Shown here in pieces: positions 1-12,608 of a stretch of 64,000 bases of DNA. Positions within the stretch are counted from its first letter, which is position 1. Every line of letters begins with the position of its first letter. Source of the DNA: Anolis carolinensis (taxonomy: Eukaryota); assembly GCF_035594765.1 (NCBI RefSeq), contig NW_026943824.1, forward strand, positions 13,587,451 to 13,651,450, in the 5' to 3' direction. Position numbers and translations under genes: made by a program. The notes beneath the pieces are model-generated. The model was given only the letters and a program-made list of their open reading frames with translations, did no database searches and was not told where the DNA came from.

Positions 1-17
1 TTGCTGTGTCATAATAA

Positions 18-48
<31 letters not shown>

Positions 49-689
49 TAAAAACCTTCCTGCTTGTGAGTCACATTTAAGACCACCTGCATTGCAGTTT
101 TGGGTCCCTCTTAATGTAAATATACCAATTAGAATATGCTAATAATAACAACAATAAATATACTAATAACAAGCCCGTTCCTTGATTTATTGCCCTTTAT
201 AAATGAGGTTTTAAGATCCCACAGATGCAAATCTTGGGTCCCCCTCCTTTAAATGTCATATCAGTAATGTACATGAGTAATAATAACATAAATTTAAAAA
301 AAAATCTTCCTGCAAAAAAGGGGGCTTATAAGACTTGGGCCTAGCCCTTCATTCAAATATAATAATCCAAAATTGTGATTCATTTCACCCAATAAATTAG
401 GATTTTAATAAAAACTCTCTGGGCAGATTGGGCCACATTGAAGTCCCTCAACCTGATGCCAGTCTTGCTTCTCCCTTCATTTAAATATATTAATAATAAC
501 AACAATAATAATAATAATTTAAGAACCTCTTCCTGCATCAGCTATGGATACCAGCCTTTAATAATAATAATAATACCAAATTGTGATTCATTTCACCCAA
601 TACATTAGGATTTCAATAAAACCTCTCCTTGCAGGTGGGTCACATTGAAGCCCCCATTGAATGCCAGCCTTGCTTCCCCCTTCATTTAA

Positions 690-731
<42 letters not shown>

Positions 732-780
732 CTTCTTCTTGCAGGTGGGTCACATGGATGCCAGTCTTGGTTCCCCTTCA

Positions 781-829
<49 letters not shown>

Positions 830-831
<2 letters not shown>

Positions 832-1075
832 GACACAGCAAACAAGATCTATATGCTGGATTTCATATCACAAAATCACAAGTCAAACACTTCCCAAGTG
901 TCTAGGACTGTGTGATGTATTTTCGGATGATGCGCGCAGATCCCAGTAGGGTGGCCTTTTGCAGCTGGCAGATTGTGATTTTGTCAATGTCTATTGTTTC
1001 CAAATGCCAGCTGAGATTTTTTGGCATGGCACCCAGTGTGCCCATCATCACCGGGACCACCTGCACTGGTTTCCA
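830..1075 (-). mobile_element. R4/Dong non-LTR retrotransposon 3' fragment with (TAA)n tail
   Basis: Near-identical to the 3' end of the longer copy at 51447-52172; abuts a long (TAT)n tract. Confidence 0.85.
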
Positions 1076-1080
1076 CGTGT

Positions 1081-1186
1081 GATGATATTATTATTATTAT
1101 TGAGCCCATTCTCCCCTTCAAGGCCTGCAGGATGGAAATATATTAAATATAATATTATAATATTATAAATATAATATTAATAAATA

Positions 1187-1247
<61 letters not shown>

Positions 1248-1338
1248 GTATGGCACAGCAAACCAGATAGATATGCTGGATTTCGTATCACAAAATCACA
1301 AGTCAAACACTTCCCAGGTGTCTAGGACTGTGTGATGA

Positions 1339-1384
<46 letters not shown>

Positions 1385-1539
1385 GAGCCCATTCTCCCCT
1401 TCAAGGCCTGCAGGATGGAAATAATAATAATAATAATATATTATTATTATTGTATGACACAGCAAGCAAGATAGATATGCTTGATTTCGTATCACAAAAT
1501 CACAAGTCGAACACTTCCCAAGTGTCTAGGACTGTGTGA

Positions 1540-1579
<40 letters not shown>

Positions 1580-1614
1580 GAGCCCATTCTCCCCTTCAAG
1601 GCCTGCAGGATGGA

Positions 1615-1645
<31 letters not shown>

Positions 1646-1741
1646 TTGTATGACACAGCAATCCAGATAGAAATGCTGGATTTCGTATCACAAAATCACA
1701 AGTTGAACACTTCCCAAGTGTCTAGGACTGTGTGATGATGA

Positions 1742-1784
<43 letters not shown>

Positions 1785-1975
1785 GAACCCATTCTCCCCT
1801 TCAAGACCTGCAGGATGGAAATAATACTAATACTAATACTAATAATAATAATAATAATATATTATTATTATTATTATTATTATTGTATGACACAGCAAGC
1901 AAGATAGATATGCTGGATTTCATAACACAAAATCACAAGTCGAACACTTCCCATGTGTCTAGGACTGTGTGATGA

Positions 1976-2012
<37 letters not shown>

Positions 2013-2236
2013 GAGCCCATTCTCCCCTTCAAGGCCTGCAGGATGGAAATAATAATAATAATAATAATATATTATTATTATTGTATGACACAGCAAGCAA
2101 GATAGATATGCTGGATTTCGTATCACAAAATCACAAGTCGAACACTTCCCAAGTGTCTAGGACTGTGTGATGATATTATTATTATTATTATTATTATTAT
2201 TGAGCCCATTCTCCCCTTCAAGGCCTGCAGGATGGA
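1081..2236. repeat. Composite tandem array: 35-bp unique motif + (AAT)n/(TAT)n + R4 3' UTR
   Basis: GAGCCCATTCTCCCCTTCAAGGCCTGCAGGATGGA starts at 1102, 1385, 1580, 1785, 2013 and 2202, alternating with about 90 bp of R4 3' end. Confidence 0.9.
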
Positions 2237-2988
2237 GGAGGATGAAAGAGGAGAGACCTTGCCACCTGTCCTAGAAGGGACTCACCTGAGTTGGAAGAGC
2301 CTCCCCCCCCCCACCTGTCTCTCATGGCAACCGGCTCTTCCTTCCTCCTTCCTCCCCCCCCCCCCCCAATCTGCTTCCCATTCCTTCCTGGACTCACCTG
2401 GGCTCCTCTTCTTACCTGGCCGGGCCAGGTGAGCCCCAGAAGAGAAGGAGGGGGCTCCGAGGGGATTGCATCCGCTTTGGCATCGCCCAGCCCTGCAGCA
2501 CCAGCAGCACCAGCGCCGGAAGGGGGCGGAGCTTCAGCAGAGGGGGCGGAGCCAAGGAAAGCAGGCTGGGAGGGAGGCAGGGCAACTAACGCGGGATGGA
2601 TGCGCCACGGCGGCGGGGCGTCCGCACAGCACAATGCAACACACACAAACCCCATAAAGGTTCTCCCTTCCTGGGCTCCCCTTCTCCCTACTTATATCCC
2701 TCTTGCAATGTTTTTTAATAGGGTTGGACTAGATGACCTCTAGAGGACCCTTTCTAGCATTCTGCCCCATATGGAATTTGGAAAGAGCACATCCCTCCAC
2801 TTATTATTATTTTGAGATATTATTTTAGTATATTATTTACTATATAATTAATTATCACCATAATTATATTTACAGTAGAGTCTCACTTCTCCAAGCCTCT
2901 GGATTATCCAAGACATTTTTGTAGTCAATGTTTTCAATATATCGTGATATTTTGGTGCTAAATTTGTAAATACAGTAATTACAATATA

Positions 2989-3311
2989 CAGTAGAGTCTC
3001 ACTTATCCAACATAAACGGGCCGGCAGAACGTTGGAGAAGCGAATATGTTGGATAACAAGGAGAGATTAAGGAGAAGCCTATTAAACACCAAATTAGGTT
3101 ATGATTTTACAAATGAAGCACCAAAACATCATGTTGTACAACAAATTTGACAGAAAAAGTAGTTCAATATGCAGTAATGTTATGATGTAATTACTGTATT
3201 TATGAATTTAGCACCAAAATATCACGATATATTGAAAACATTGACTACAAAAATGCATTGGATAATCCAGAACGTTGGATAAGCGAGTGTTGGATAAGTG
3301 AGACTCTACTG
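2989..3311. mobile_element. Tc1/mariner-type MITE (about 325 bp, TIR CAGTAGAGTCTCACTTATCCAA, TA TSD)
   Basis: Long TIRs flanked by TA. Further copies at 6804-7127, 9937-~10236, 28164-28520, 43327-43649, 55252-55574, 55611-55933 and 57706-58026. Confidence 0.9.
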
Positions 3312-3493
3312 TATTTACTACATTTATATCCTGCTCTTCTCACCCCAAAGGGGACTCAGAGAGTCTTACAAATCAAATGAACATACAATATATTATTAGC
3401 ATAGCACAATATAAGCATTACATTACTATATTGTTCTGTATCATTACATGATAATATTATTAGTAATATTACATTTAATATATAATATATCTA

Positions 3494-4015
3494 TCTATAT
3501 ATATAAAAGAGTGATGGCATCAGGGCAGCGGACAAAACAACAAAACTACAGGCCCCCCAACCTCGAAATTTGACAACACAACCCATCATCCACGGCTCTA
3601 GGTTGATACAACAAAAAGAAAAGAAAAATAAAGTCCTAATTAGAGAGAGAGGAATAATTGTTTCTATCTAATTGCTGCCAGTTAGAAGGCTAAGCTCCGC
3701 CCACTTGGTCTCCTTGCAACCGACTCACCCCAGGGGACAGGCAGAGTTAGGCTTCACTTAGGCCTCTTCCACAGATTATCTAATTAATATCGCAAAGAAC
3801 ACCACTCTGAAAACAAGGGAATTCCAGACAGAAAACAATTCGGCCCAGCTAACACCTCCCAACAAAAAATTCACTCAGGGAGGAAACAGCCAGGCTTTAA
3901 AGCTGCAAGGCTATTACATGCTAATCATTTTCCCTAACTGCAGCATTCATACTTGCCTCCAACAGACAAAAAAAATCAGAAATATTGTATATTCACAACC
4001 TTTAGGAAATAATAT
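3494..4015 (+). mobile_element. Non-autonomous Helitron, 5' portion
   Basis: A|TCTATATATATAAAAG 5' end; shares internal sequence with the copies at 40910 and 54587-55249. No 3' CTAG end was found. Confidence 0.65.
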
Positions 4016-4343
4016 CCCCTGATGGCGCAGCGTGTTAAAGTGCTGAGCTGCTGAACTTCTGGACCGAAAGGTCGCAGGTTTGAATTGGGGGAGTGGAGAG
4101 AGCCCTCACTGTTAGCCCCAGCTTCTGCCAACCCAGAAGTTCGAAAACATGCAATTGAGAGTAGATGAATAGGTACCGCTTCAGCGGGAAGATAACGACA
4201 CTCCATGCAGTCATGCCGGCCACATGACCTTGGAGGAGTCTACGGACAACGCCGGGTCTGTGTCTTAGAAATGGAGATGAGCACCAACCCCCAGAGTCAG
4301 ACATGACTGGACTTAACATTAGGGGAAACCTTTACCTTTACCT
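4016..4343 (+). mobile_element. Sauria SINE
   Basis: tRNA-like head (TGGCGCAGCGTGTTAAAG...GGTTTGAAT) and (ACCTTT)n tail. Partial inverted copy at 4431-4575; full minus-strand copy at about 27787-28110. Confidence 0.88.
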
Positions 4344-5149
4344 TATATACAATATATTATATTATATATTTATAAATAATTACTATTAGGTATTATTGTT
4401 ATTATATTGAGATATTATTTTAGTATATTAGTAAAGGTAAAGTTTTTCCCTGACGTTAAGTCCAGTTGTGACCGACTCTGGGGGTTGGTGCTCATCTCCA
4501 TTTCTAAGCTGAAGAGCTGGCGTTGTCCGTAGACACCTCCAAGGTCATGTGGCCGGCATGACTGCATGGAGCGCTCCATGAATGCATGGAGACCTGTATA
4601 CCTGCTGTTTTACAAGTAAAAGGACAAAAAATATTAGTGGCTCCAGCTGTGACAAAGCATGTGTCTATTATTATTATTTTACTATATTATTATTACTATT
4701 ACTTAGTTATATATATATAGTATAGAGCCATGCCAGTTGAAGTGGTGCCAAACTGCGTTAATTCCAGTTGGGTTAGGTTTTTTAACGCTGTGCTAGGGAT
4801 TATGTGTAATCTTCTAACTTTATAAATTGCATTATTTATATATACACTATATTTATATAGTGTATGTGTATATATGTAATGTATATCTTTATTAATACAT
4901 GCATATATGTGTGTGTGGGTGCAATGCATTAATAGAGGTACATAAATATACATATATACAAACACACACACATATATGCACACATTGTATATATACTCTA
5001 TGTTAATTTGTCTTATTTTAACTATATTGATAGTTGCCTGGAGTCCCTATATTGGAAGACAGGCAGTATATATATGCATTATCATCAATCATCATTATCT
5101 ATATCATCATCGCCATCAATAGAATGAAAGTTTAACTGAGCTTCCCTGA

Positions 5150-5400
5150 CAGGCGCTACTGCGCATGCCCGAGTTAGGGCCTGCCCTGGCTTTGCCACTC
5201 TCCGCCAACAGGTGTCGCTGCCTCCTTATGGGGCGGCCATAGAACTAGGGAAAATCTGAAGGCTCTTCTGCGCATGCGGACTGGCTTTCTCTTTGCGCAT
5301 GAGCACCTGGCACTCGATGGATGCTCGTGTGCGCATGCGCCCTGGCAGTCTTGTTCCTGGTCTGCTTGTCTGCCCAGTAATCCATCCTTTAGTTCTGAAG
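5150..5400 (+). promoter_or_regulatory. Probable MLST8 promoter and non-coding exon 1 (NRF1-type motif cluster)
   Basis: Four TGCGCATG(C/A) motifs start at 5160, 5269, 5294 and 5330 in a locally CpG-rich patch. A strong donor AAG|GTAAGT lies at 5400/5401, and an acceptor CTCAG ends at 9367 just before the ATG. Confidence 0.7.
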
Positions 5401-5817
5401 GTAAGTGTCCACAATATTTATATTTATACTTACTTTTGTGTAATTTCTGTCTTGTAAGAAGCTCAAGGTTGTTCAGGTTTGTCCTTTTTTTTTGCTCTGT
5501 ATGATGAGAAAGTGAGGCTCAATGAGGACTGGAAACTTGGATCTCTCAGCTTAAGGCCTTCTAACCTCAGACCCTGCAACAACAACAACAATAATAGCAA
5601 TAATAATGATACAGATTGTGCATTCTTTACTCCAAAATACTCCAAAATTATCCCCATTTGCAAGAGTTTTGAAATGCATTTTGCTATTTTAATTTCTCCT
5701 TGCTTTAATGTCAGAAGGGCCTTCATTGTTTATTAATTCTATGTTTATATTTCAGTGCATGTAGTTTCAATATTAAATATTTTAATGTCTATTTGCTTTA
5801 GTGACAGAAAGGGCCTA

Positions 5818-6072
5818 TGTGTTGTTGAAGGCTTTCAGGGCTGGAATCACTGGGTTGCTGTGAGTTTTCCAGGCTGTATGGCCATGTCCAGAAGCATTCT
5901 CTCCTGACATTTCACCACATCTATGGCAGGCATCCTCAGAGGTTAAACCCCACTTGCCTAGTTTCCAGCAGACCTCACTTCTAAGGATGCCTGCCATAGA
6001 TGTGGGTGAAATGACAGGAGAGAATGCTTCTGGAACATGGCCAGACAGCCCAGAAAACTCACAGCGACCCAT
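5818..6072. mobile_element. Penelope-like inverted terminal-repeat pair with degenerate hammerhead motifs
   Basis: Two inverted copies of the same repeat seen at 32497-33124. Confidence 0.75.
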
Positions 6073-6269
6073 AAAGGGCTCATTTTTATTTTTTATTCAT
6101 TTATTTAGGGTATTTCTACCCCACCTTTCTCCGCAATGTAGACCCAAGGTGGCTTACAGTGTACCAGCATATAAAATCGATCAAACAGAAATACAAAAAA
6201 GAGGAAAAACCATAATTAAACATCAATCAATAACTTCTATAAAATAATTATTTATTATTTATTGACCAT

Positions 6270-6322
<53 letters not shown>

Positions 6323-7474
6323 GTTTATTTATATTCCGCCTCCATCTCCCCCAAAGGGGACTCGGGGCGGCTTACAGCAAAATCAAAATACAAGCAATGA
6401 TAAAATATAAAACATCAAAGGACAAAAACAAAACCTTACCACAAAATATTGCTCTCCATGCATTGTTACATTGCAGAGTCATTGAAAATGTGTTTTTTCA
6501 ATCCTCGAAATAATGTTTCCGATTCCCTTTTCCTACAATGATCCAGTAACCAGTTCAGTTGTGGATATGTTATAGTGCTTTCCTCCATGAACACAGTTTT
6601 ATAACAATAGGCTTGGTGTTGTACTTTCAAAACCTGGGGCCGGTGAATAAAAACACTGCAAAAGAGTAATATATTTTCCAAAAAAGTCTTTTAAAATTTG
6701 AAATATATATGTAAATGTATATCCCGCCTTTCCCTGCCCCGAAGGCGGCTTACAACTGTACTAGGTCAGTGCCTTGGGCATAAAAACATCAAATAAAATT
6801 ATACAGTAGAGTCTCACTTATCCAAGGTAAACGGGACGGCAGAAGCTTGGATAAGCGAATAACTTGGATAATAAGGAGGGATTAAGGAAAAGTCTATTAA
6901 ACATCAAATTAGGTTATGATTTTACAAATTAAGCACCAAAACTTCATGTTATACAACAAATTTGACAGAAAAAAGTAGTTCAATATGCAGTAATGTTATG
7001 TTGTAATTACTGTATTTACGAATTTAGCACCAAAATATCACGATATATTGAAAACATTGACTACAAAAATGGCTTGGATTATCCAGAGGCTTGGATAAGT
7101 GAGGCTTGGATAAGTGAGACTCTACTGTATTAAAATTGATAGCCTCCTCCCTGTGTATGCCTCTCTATGTACCAACATTAACACCCCCAATATCCTCCGA
7201 TACTTCATTTAAAAGCCTTATTAAATAGAAAAGTCTTGCTTCTATTTTAATGCATACTTCACTGAGTAGTTTTTAATGTCTTTAAATGTTTTCATGTGCA
7301 TTTGTTTTAATGGCAAAAAGGGAGGAGGGAAGGAAGGAAGGAAGGGGAGAAAGAAGAGGAAAGAAGGACGGAAGGCTGGAAAGAAGGAAGAGGGTTAGAA
7401 GAAGGATGGATGGAAGGAAGGAGCAGGGAAGGTCTATGAGGGAAAGCAAGAAAGGGAGGTGTAAAGAGCTATGA

Positions 7475-8129
7475 GCGCTGCCACCAATTTGTAATGATGC
7501 AACCACCAAAAGACTCAGAAAGGAAACCTTTTTGAAAAAAAATTCCCTTCTATCTTCTTATTCACTTTAGATGGTAACGCAACTTGGTTTATAATATATG
7601 CGACAGAGGAACAATAACAAGTTTATTCAGGCACAGAGCTTAGTGGTTACAAAAGATGTTTCTCACTTAGAGGCACTTTTATTAACAGTTACAATAGTAG
7701 AATGAGGTAAGACAAACTCCCTAAAGTGTCATTCCTTTCACTTAAAGTAGTTAGAACTTCTTCTTCTGCTACTTTTAAACCGCAGTCACCCTGTGATATA
7801 CAATCACAGATTCTCTGTTCCTTACCAGGACACAGACTACATTAAATAAGTCACCAAACTTATTTTAAATCGACTCAAAAATTGAACAATTGAGTCCCTT
7901 GATCCCCTCAACTTAGGATCAATCTTCCCTGTACCTCATCAGAGCACAGACTGAATCCCTTTTTTAAACTCTGCACTTTTTCAGCAGAACAGCAGTTGGC
8001 TCCGCCTACTTCTCCATGGCAACCAGCCTCTGAGTGCTGAGATGTAATAACTGTAATACTTACCCTTTTAAAACACAAACACACAATTAAACATAACATC
8101 TGTAAACCATAAATTCATACTTCATTACA
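7475..8129 (-). mobile_element. Gypsy-like LTR plus PBS (no internal coding region)
   Basis: Begins TGTAAT at 8129, homologous to 49465-50225, contains AATAAA, and is followed by the PBS-like TGGTGGCAGCG at 7486-7476. Confidence 0.65.
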
Positions 8130-8494
8130 GGAGGGAAGGAAGAAAGGGAGAAAAGGGAAAGAAGGAAGGACAAGGGAGAGAGAGAAGGAAGAGGAAGGAA
8201 CGGAAGGAAGGGAGGAAAGGAGAAAAAGGAAGGAAGGCAGGATGAAAGGCTGGAAAGAAGGAAAGAATGGGGAGAGAAGAAGGAAGGATGGAAGGAAGGA
8301 CAAAGGATGGAAAGAAGGAAAGGGGAGAGAAGGAAGGCAAGAAAGAGTAGGAAAGGTATATGAGGGAGAGCAAGGGAAGAAGGGATAGAGAAAAAGGAAG
8401 AAAGGGAGAGAGGAAGGAAAAAAGAGGAAGGCTGAAAGGAAGAGAAAAAAGGAAGGAAAGAAGTGGAACAGAGGAAGGAACAGAAAAGAGCAGA

Positions 8495-9229
8495 GGTGTT
8501 GGACTCATCGCTGACAATGGAGGCCCAGATCACTGCCATAAGTAAGCAGGCCTTTTTTCATCTTCGCCAGGCAAGGAAATTGGCATCCTACCTTTCGACA
8601 AAAGCATTGGCAACGGTAATCCATGCAACAGTCACCACTAGGTTGGATTATTGTAATGCCTTATACACCGGCCTCCCGAAGACAAAAACCCAGAAGATCC
8701 AAATGGTCCAAAATGCGGCAGCCAGGCTGCTAGCGGGATCATCTATAACATCCCATATTACACCGATTCTGAAACAACTGCATTGGCTACCAACAGAACA
8801 TCAGATCTCTTACAAGATACTGATCCTGACATTTAAAGCTCGAAATGGCCAAGGACCATTATATCTTAGGGACCACCTCATTCCTTTTTTCCATCAGTGG
8901 TCACCTCGATCCTCCCAGGAAAATCTCCTATATGTACCGGGCCCTAGGGAGGTACGCCTGGAAGCTACAAGGCATAGAGCCTTTTCGACCTATGCTCCAA
9001 TTCTGTGGAACTCATTGCCTCCATATCTTAGAGCAATATCAGAGTTGCGACCTTTTGGAAAAGCGCTCAAGACTTGGCTGTTTGGTTGTGCATTTAAGTA
9101 AATCAGATCTAATTTTCCAAATAGTCACCGTTGAATGTTTTTATGTTGTGGAATGATATTTTAAATTGTAAGGTGCTCAGAGCACTCTGGTGGAGAGCGA
9201 CTAATTAAGAAATAAAGTGAAGTGAAGTG
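8495..9229 (+). mobile_element. 5'-truncated L2-clade LINE in MLST8 intron 1
   Basis: ORF2 C-terminal motifs RLDYCNALY, VQNAAARLL, HITPILKQLHWLP and LWNSLP with the frame open to the stop at 9101; short-repeat tail (GTGAA)n. Confidence 0.9.
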
Positions 9230-9378
9230 TATAAGAGAAACCATAGAAAGAAGGAAGGAAGAGGGAGAAGGTGTAGGAAGGAAGCAGAGAGGAAGGAAAG
9301 AAAGAGCCATAACGAAAATGAGAACGGGGGTCCAGTAAGAAAGATCTTTGTGGTGATATCCCCTCAGGCCCCGGAGGC

Positions 9379-12300
9379 ATGAACACTGCCCAGGGCACCG
9401 TGGGCAGCGACCCAGTCATCCTGGCCACCGCCGGCTATGACCACACCGTCCGCTTCTGGCAGGCCCACAGCGGGATCTGCACCCGGACCGTCCAGCACCA
9501 GGACTCCGTATCCTTTAGCTGCATGGGAAGGCAGGACGCTGGGCCTTGCAACCTACTTACGCAGGGTTTAGAGGGCTGAATGGGGTTGCTTTCTGTTTGC
9601 CCCTTAACCTCTTTTTCCAGCAGGTCAATGCTCTAGAGATCACTCCGGACCGGACCATGATTGCCGCGGCTGGTAAGGATGCAGTCTACAGACAGCATGG
9701 ATGTTGCACAGTTTGTGTGCTTATTACAGTGGTTCCCAACCTTTGGACCTCCAGGTATTTTGGACTTCAACTCCCAGAAATCCCAGCCAGCTTACCAGTG
9801 GTTAGGAACCGTGCAGCTGAATCCCAAAACACCTGGGAGCCCAAAGATTGGGAATCACTGGCTTATTACATGTCTCCAAGGGGGCATCTTCACTGTGGAA
9901 GTAACACAGTTTGACATCACTTTTAACTGCTTAATACAGTAGAGTCTCACTTATCCAACATAAACGGGCCAGCAGAATGTTGGATAAACGAATATGTTGG
10001 ATAATAAGGAGGCATTAAGGAAAAGCCTATTAAACATCAAATTAGGTTATGATTTTACAAATTAAGCACCAAAACATCATGTTATACAACAAATTTGATA
10101 GAAAATGTAGTTCAATGCGCAGTAATGCTATGTAGTAATTACTGTATTTAGGAATTTAGCACCAAAGTATCACAATGCATTGAAAACATTGACTACAAAA
10201 ATGGGTTGGATAATCCAGAACGTTGAATAAGTGAGTTTTATGTGTTTTTAATGTAATTTTTATCCTGTATTGTTTTAATTGATATATTGCATTACTGTTT
10301 TATCTGTTTTATATTGTGATTGTATTATGTTGCTTATATTTTGTCCTTATGTTGTTTGGGCCTCTGCCCCATGTAAGCTACCCTGAGTTCCCACGGGGAG
10401 ATGGTGGCAGGATATAAATAACGTATTATTATTATTATTACTACTACTACTACTACTTTTTGGGCTTCTCTGCCAAAAAGCATGGGTGCCTCACCTACAA
10501 TTTCAGAGCTTTGAGGCAGGGCAGTTAAAGTACTGTAGTGCCAAACTTCATTACCAGGCCTTTGGGAGCTGAGACGGTATCTCTTCTGCAGGCTACCAGC
10601 ACATCCGGATGTATGACTTGAATTCTAACAACCCGAACCCTGTTATCAACTATGATGGAGTGAGCAAGAACATCACCTCGGTGGGCTTCCACGAAGACGG
10701 GCGCTGGATGTACACTGGGGGAGAGGACTGCATGGCCCGCATCTGGGACCTCCGGTTCGTGGCCCCTTTCCTCGCCTTGCTAGCCTTAACCCCAATGGGG
10801 CTTTTGCACAGCACTGCCATCCCCCTTAGCATGGCTACAGGACTTGGGGTTTCCAGTTCAGGAGGGGCAGCTGTTCTCTGCTGACTTCTTTACACACTAT
10901 AACGTATATTATATCTTTGTCGCTGTTCTCAGATGCCTTTCCATCACACATTTTAATGTATATTATATCTGGGTATAATATATCCAATCCTCCTCACCCA
11001 TCCGGAATTGGTTTCTGCTTTCCAGGTCACGCAACCTGCAGTGCCAGCGCATCTTCCAAGTGAACGCGCCCATCAACTGTGTTTGCCTGCATCCCAATCA
11101 GGTATTTGTGTTCCAGAGTGATGGGGAATGAGGCCCTTCTTTCCTTCCTTACCGCCTCCCTCCTTTCCCTTTGTTGCTGATGCCTCTTGTATGTCTCTCA
11201 GGCAGAGCTCATTGTCGGGGACCAGAGCGGGGCCATCCACATCTGGGACCTGAAGACAGACCACAATGAGCAGCTCATCCCAGAACCCGAGGTCTCCGTC
11301 AACTCTGTCCACATCGATCCCGACGCCAGCTACATGGCCGCTGTCAATAGTTCGGTCAGTGCAAAGGGGGGACTTTATTATTTTGCCTGCCAGAATATCC
11401 GAAACTGGATCCCTTAGGTTCTGTGTTCCTTGTCTCTTTCTCGCAGGGCAACTGTTATGTGTGGAACCTGACTGGTGGCATTGGAGATGAGGTGACGCAG
11501 CTCATCCCCAAAACCAAGATCCCTGCCCACAACCGCTATGCTCTCCAGTGCAAATTCAGCCCAGACTCCACGTGAGTAGCAGTGTTAGCAGAGATTTTGT
11601 TTCGTCCATTCACTTGCCCTTGGAATAACCTGAGGGATCCAGTGTGGCCCAGTGGTTTGAGTGCTGGCTTAGGACTCTGTCTCCAGAGGTTCTTTTTCAT
11701 TGTCTGCCCCTAAATGGTGGACTGTTGTATTAGAAATGCACAACAACTTGGTTGCTTCCTTTGCCCTTTCACCAATTCAGAATGTCGGGAGGCTGAAGTC
11801 TGAAGTTACTATGTGTGTTAAATGCTCAGAGCAATGGCTCTATGTTCCTAACCTCTCTTTCCCTTCCAGGCTTCTGGCTACTTGTTCTGCCGACCAAACC
11901 TGCAAGATTTGGAGAACCTCCAACTTCTCCCTCATGACAGAGCTGAGCATCAAGAGCAACAACCCTGGGGAAACTTCCCGAGGATGGATGTGGGACTGCG
12001 CCTTCTCGGGGGACTCCCAGTACATTGTCACAGGTGAGGGAGCTGGTCTCAATGGCAGGAAAATAAGATACTTTTAGCACCAAAGTTAGAAAACATAAGA
12101 TTATGGTGGCCCCAATATCCATCCCTTGACAGAGGAATTCTGAATGATAGGGTCCAAAAGAGGGAATTTTTTTGTGTATTCAGAATACTTCTGGAGGGTA
12201 AAATTGTTTGCTGCAAGGTGGACAAAAGAAGGGTGTTGCTTAATTTGCAAGAAGCTTCCATTCAGCGCTGAAATTTGTAGCCTTGCAGTAACTAAGTATT

Positions 12301-12608
12301 CAAGAGGGCGGACAGATTTGATGGCTTAAAAAAGGAAGTGGTTAAATTCAGAGCTTCTGTAAATGGCTTTATCACCTGTTGTGTTTACTTGATTGTGGGA
12401 AACGTAATTGTCCCTGTCTCTTGCTGGGAGGCTGCTGTTTGAATTGAATAATGGCCACTCACAATCCTTTCTCCTGCTTTCCTTCCCAGCTTCCTCAGAT
12501 AATCTAGCCCGGCTCTGGTGCGTGGAGACGGGAGAGATCAAAAGGGAGTACAGCGGGCACCAGAAGGCCGTCGTCTGCCTCGCTTTCAACGACAGTGTCT
12601 TGGGCTGA
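9379..12608 (+). CDS. MLST8: MTOR-associated protein LST8 homolog (WD40; mTORC1/2 subunit), 326 aa
   Basis: Coding exons 9379-9507, 9621-9672, 10592-10754, 11026-11101, 11202-11354, 11447-11571, 11870-12033, 12490-12608 total 981 nt with consistent phases. Translation [32 protein letters not shown]...[17 protein letters not shown] is recognisably LST8. Confidence 0.98.
9508..9620 (+). other. U12-type (minor spliceosome) GT-AG intron in MLST8
   Basis: 5' splice site GTATCCTTT; branch point CCTTAAC at 9602-9608, about 10 nt from the CAG 3' splice site. Confidence 0.92.

Noticed and set aside
4016-4110. tRNA gene
   Set aside because: tRNA-derived head of a Sauria SINE; continues into SINE body and tail.
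8463-9101. Novel 212-aa host gene
   Set aside because: C-terminal remnant of L2 ORF2 with a LINE tail and no real start.
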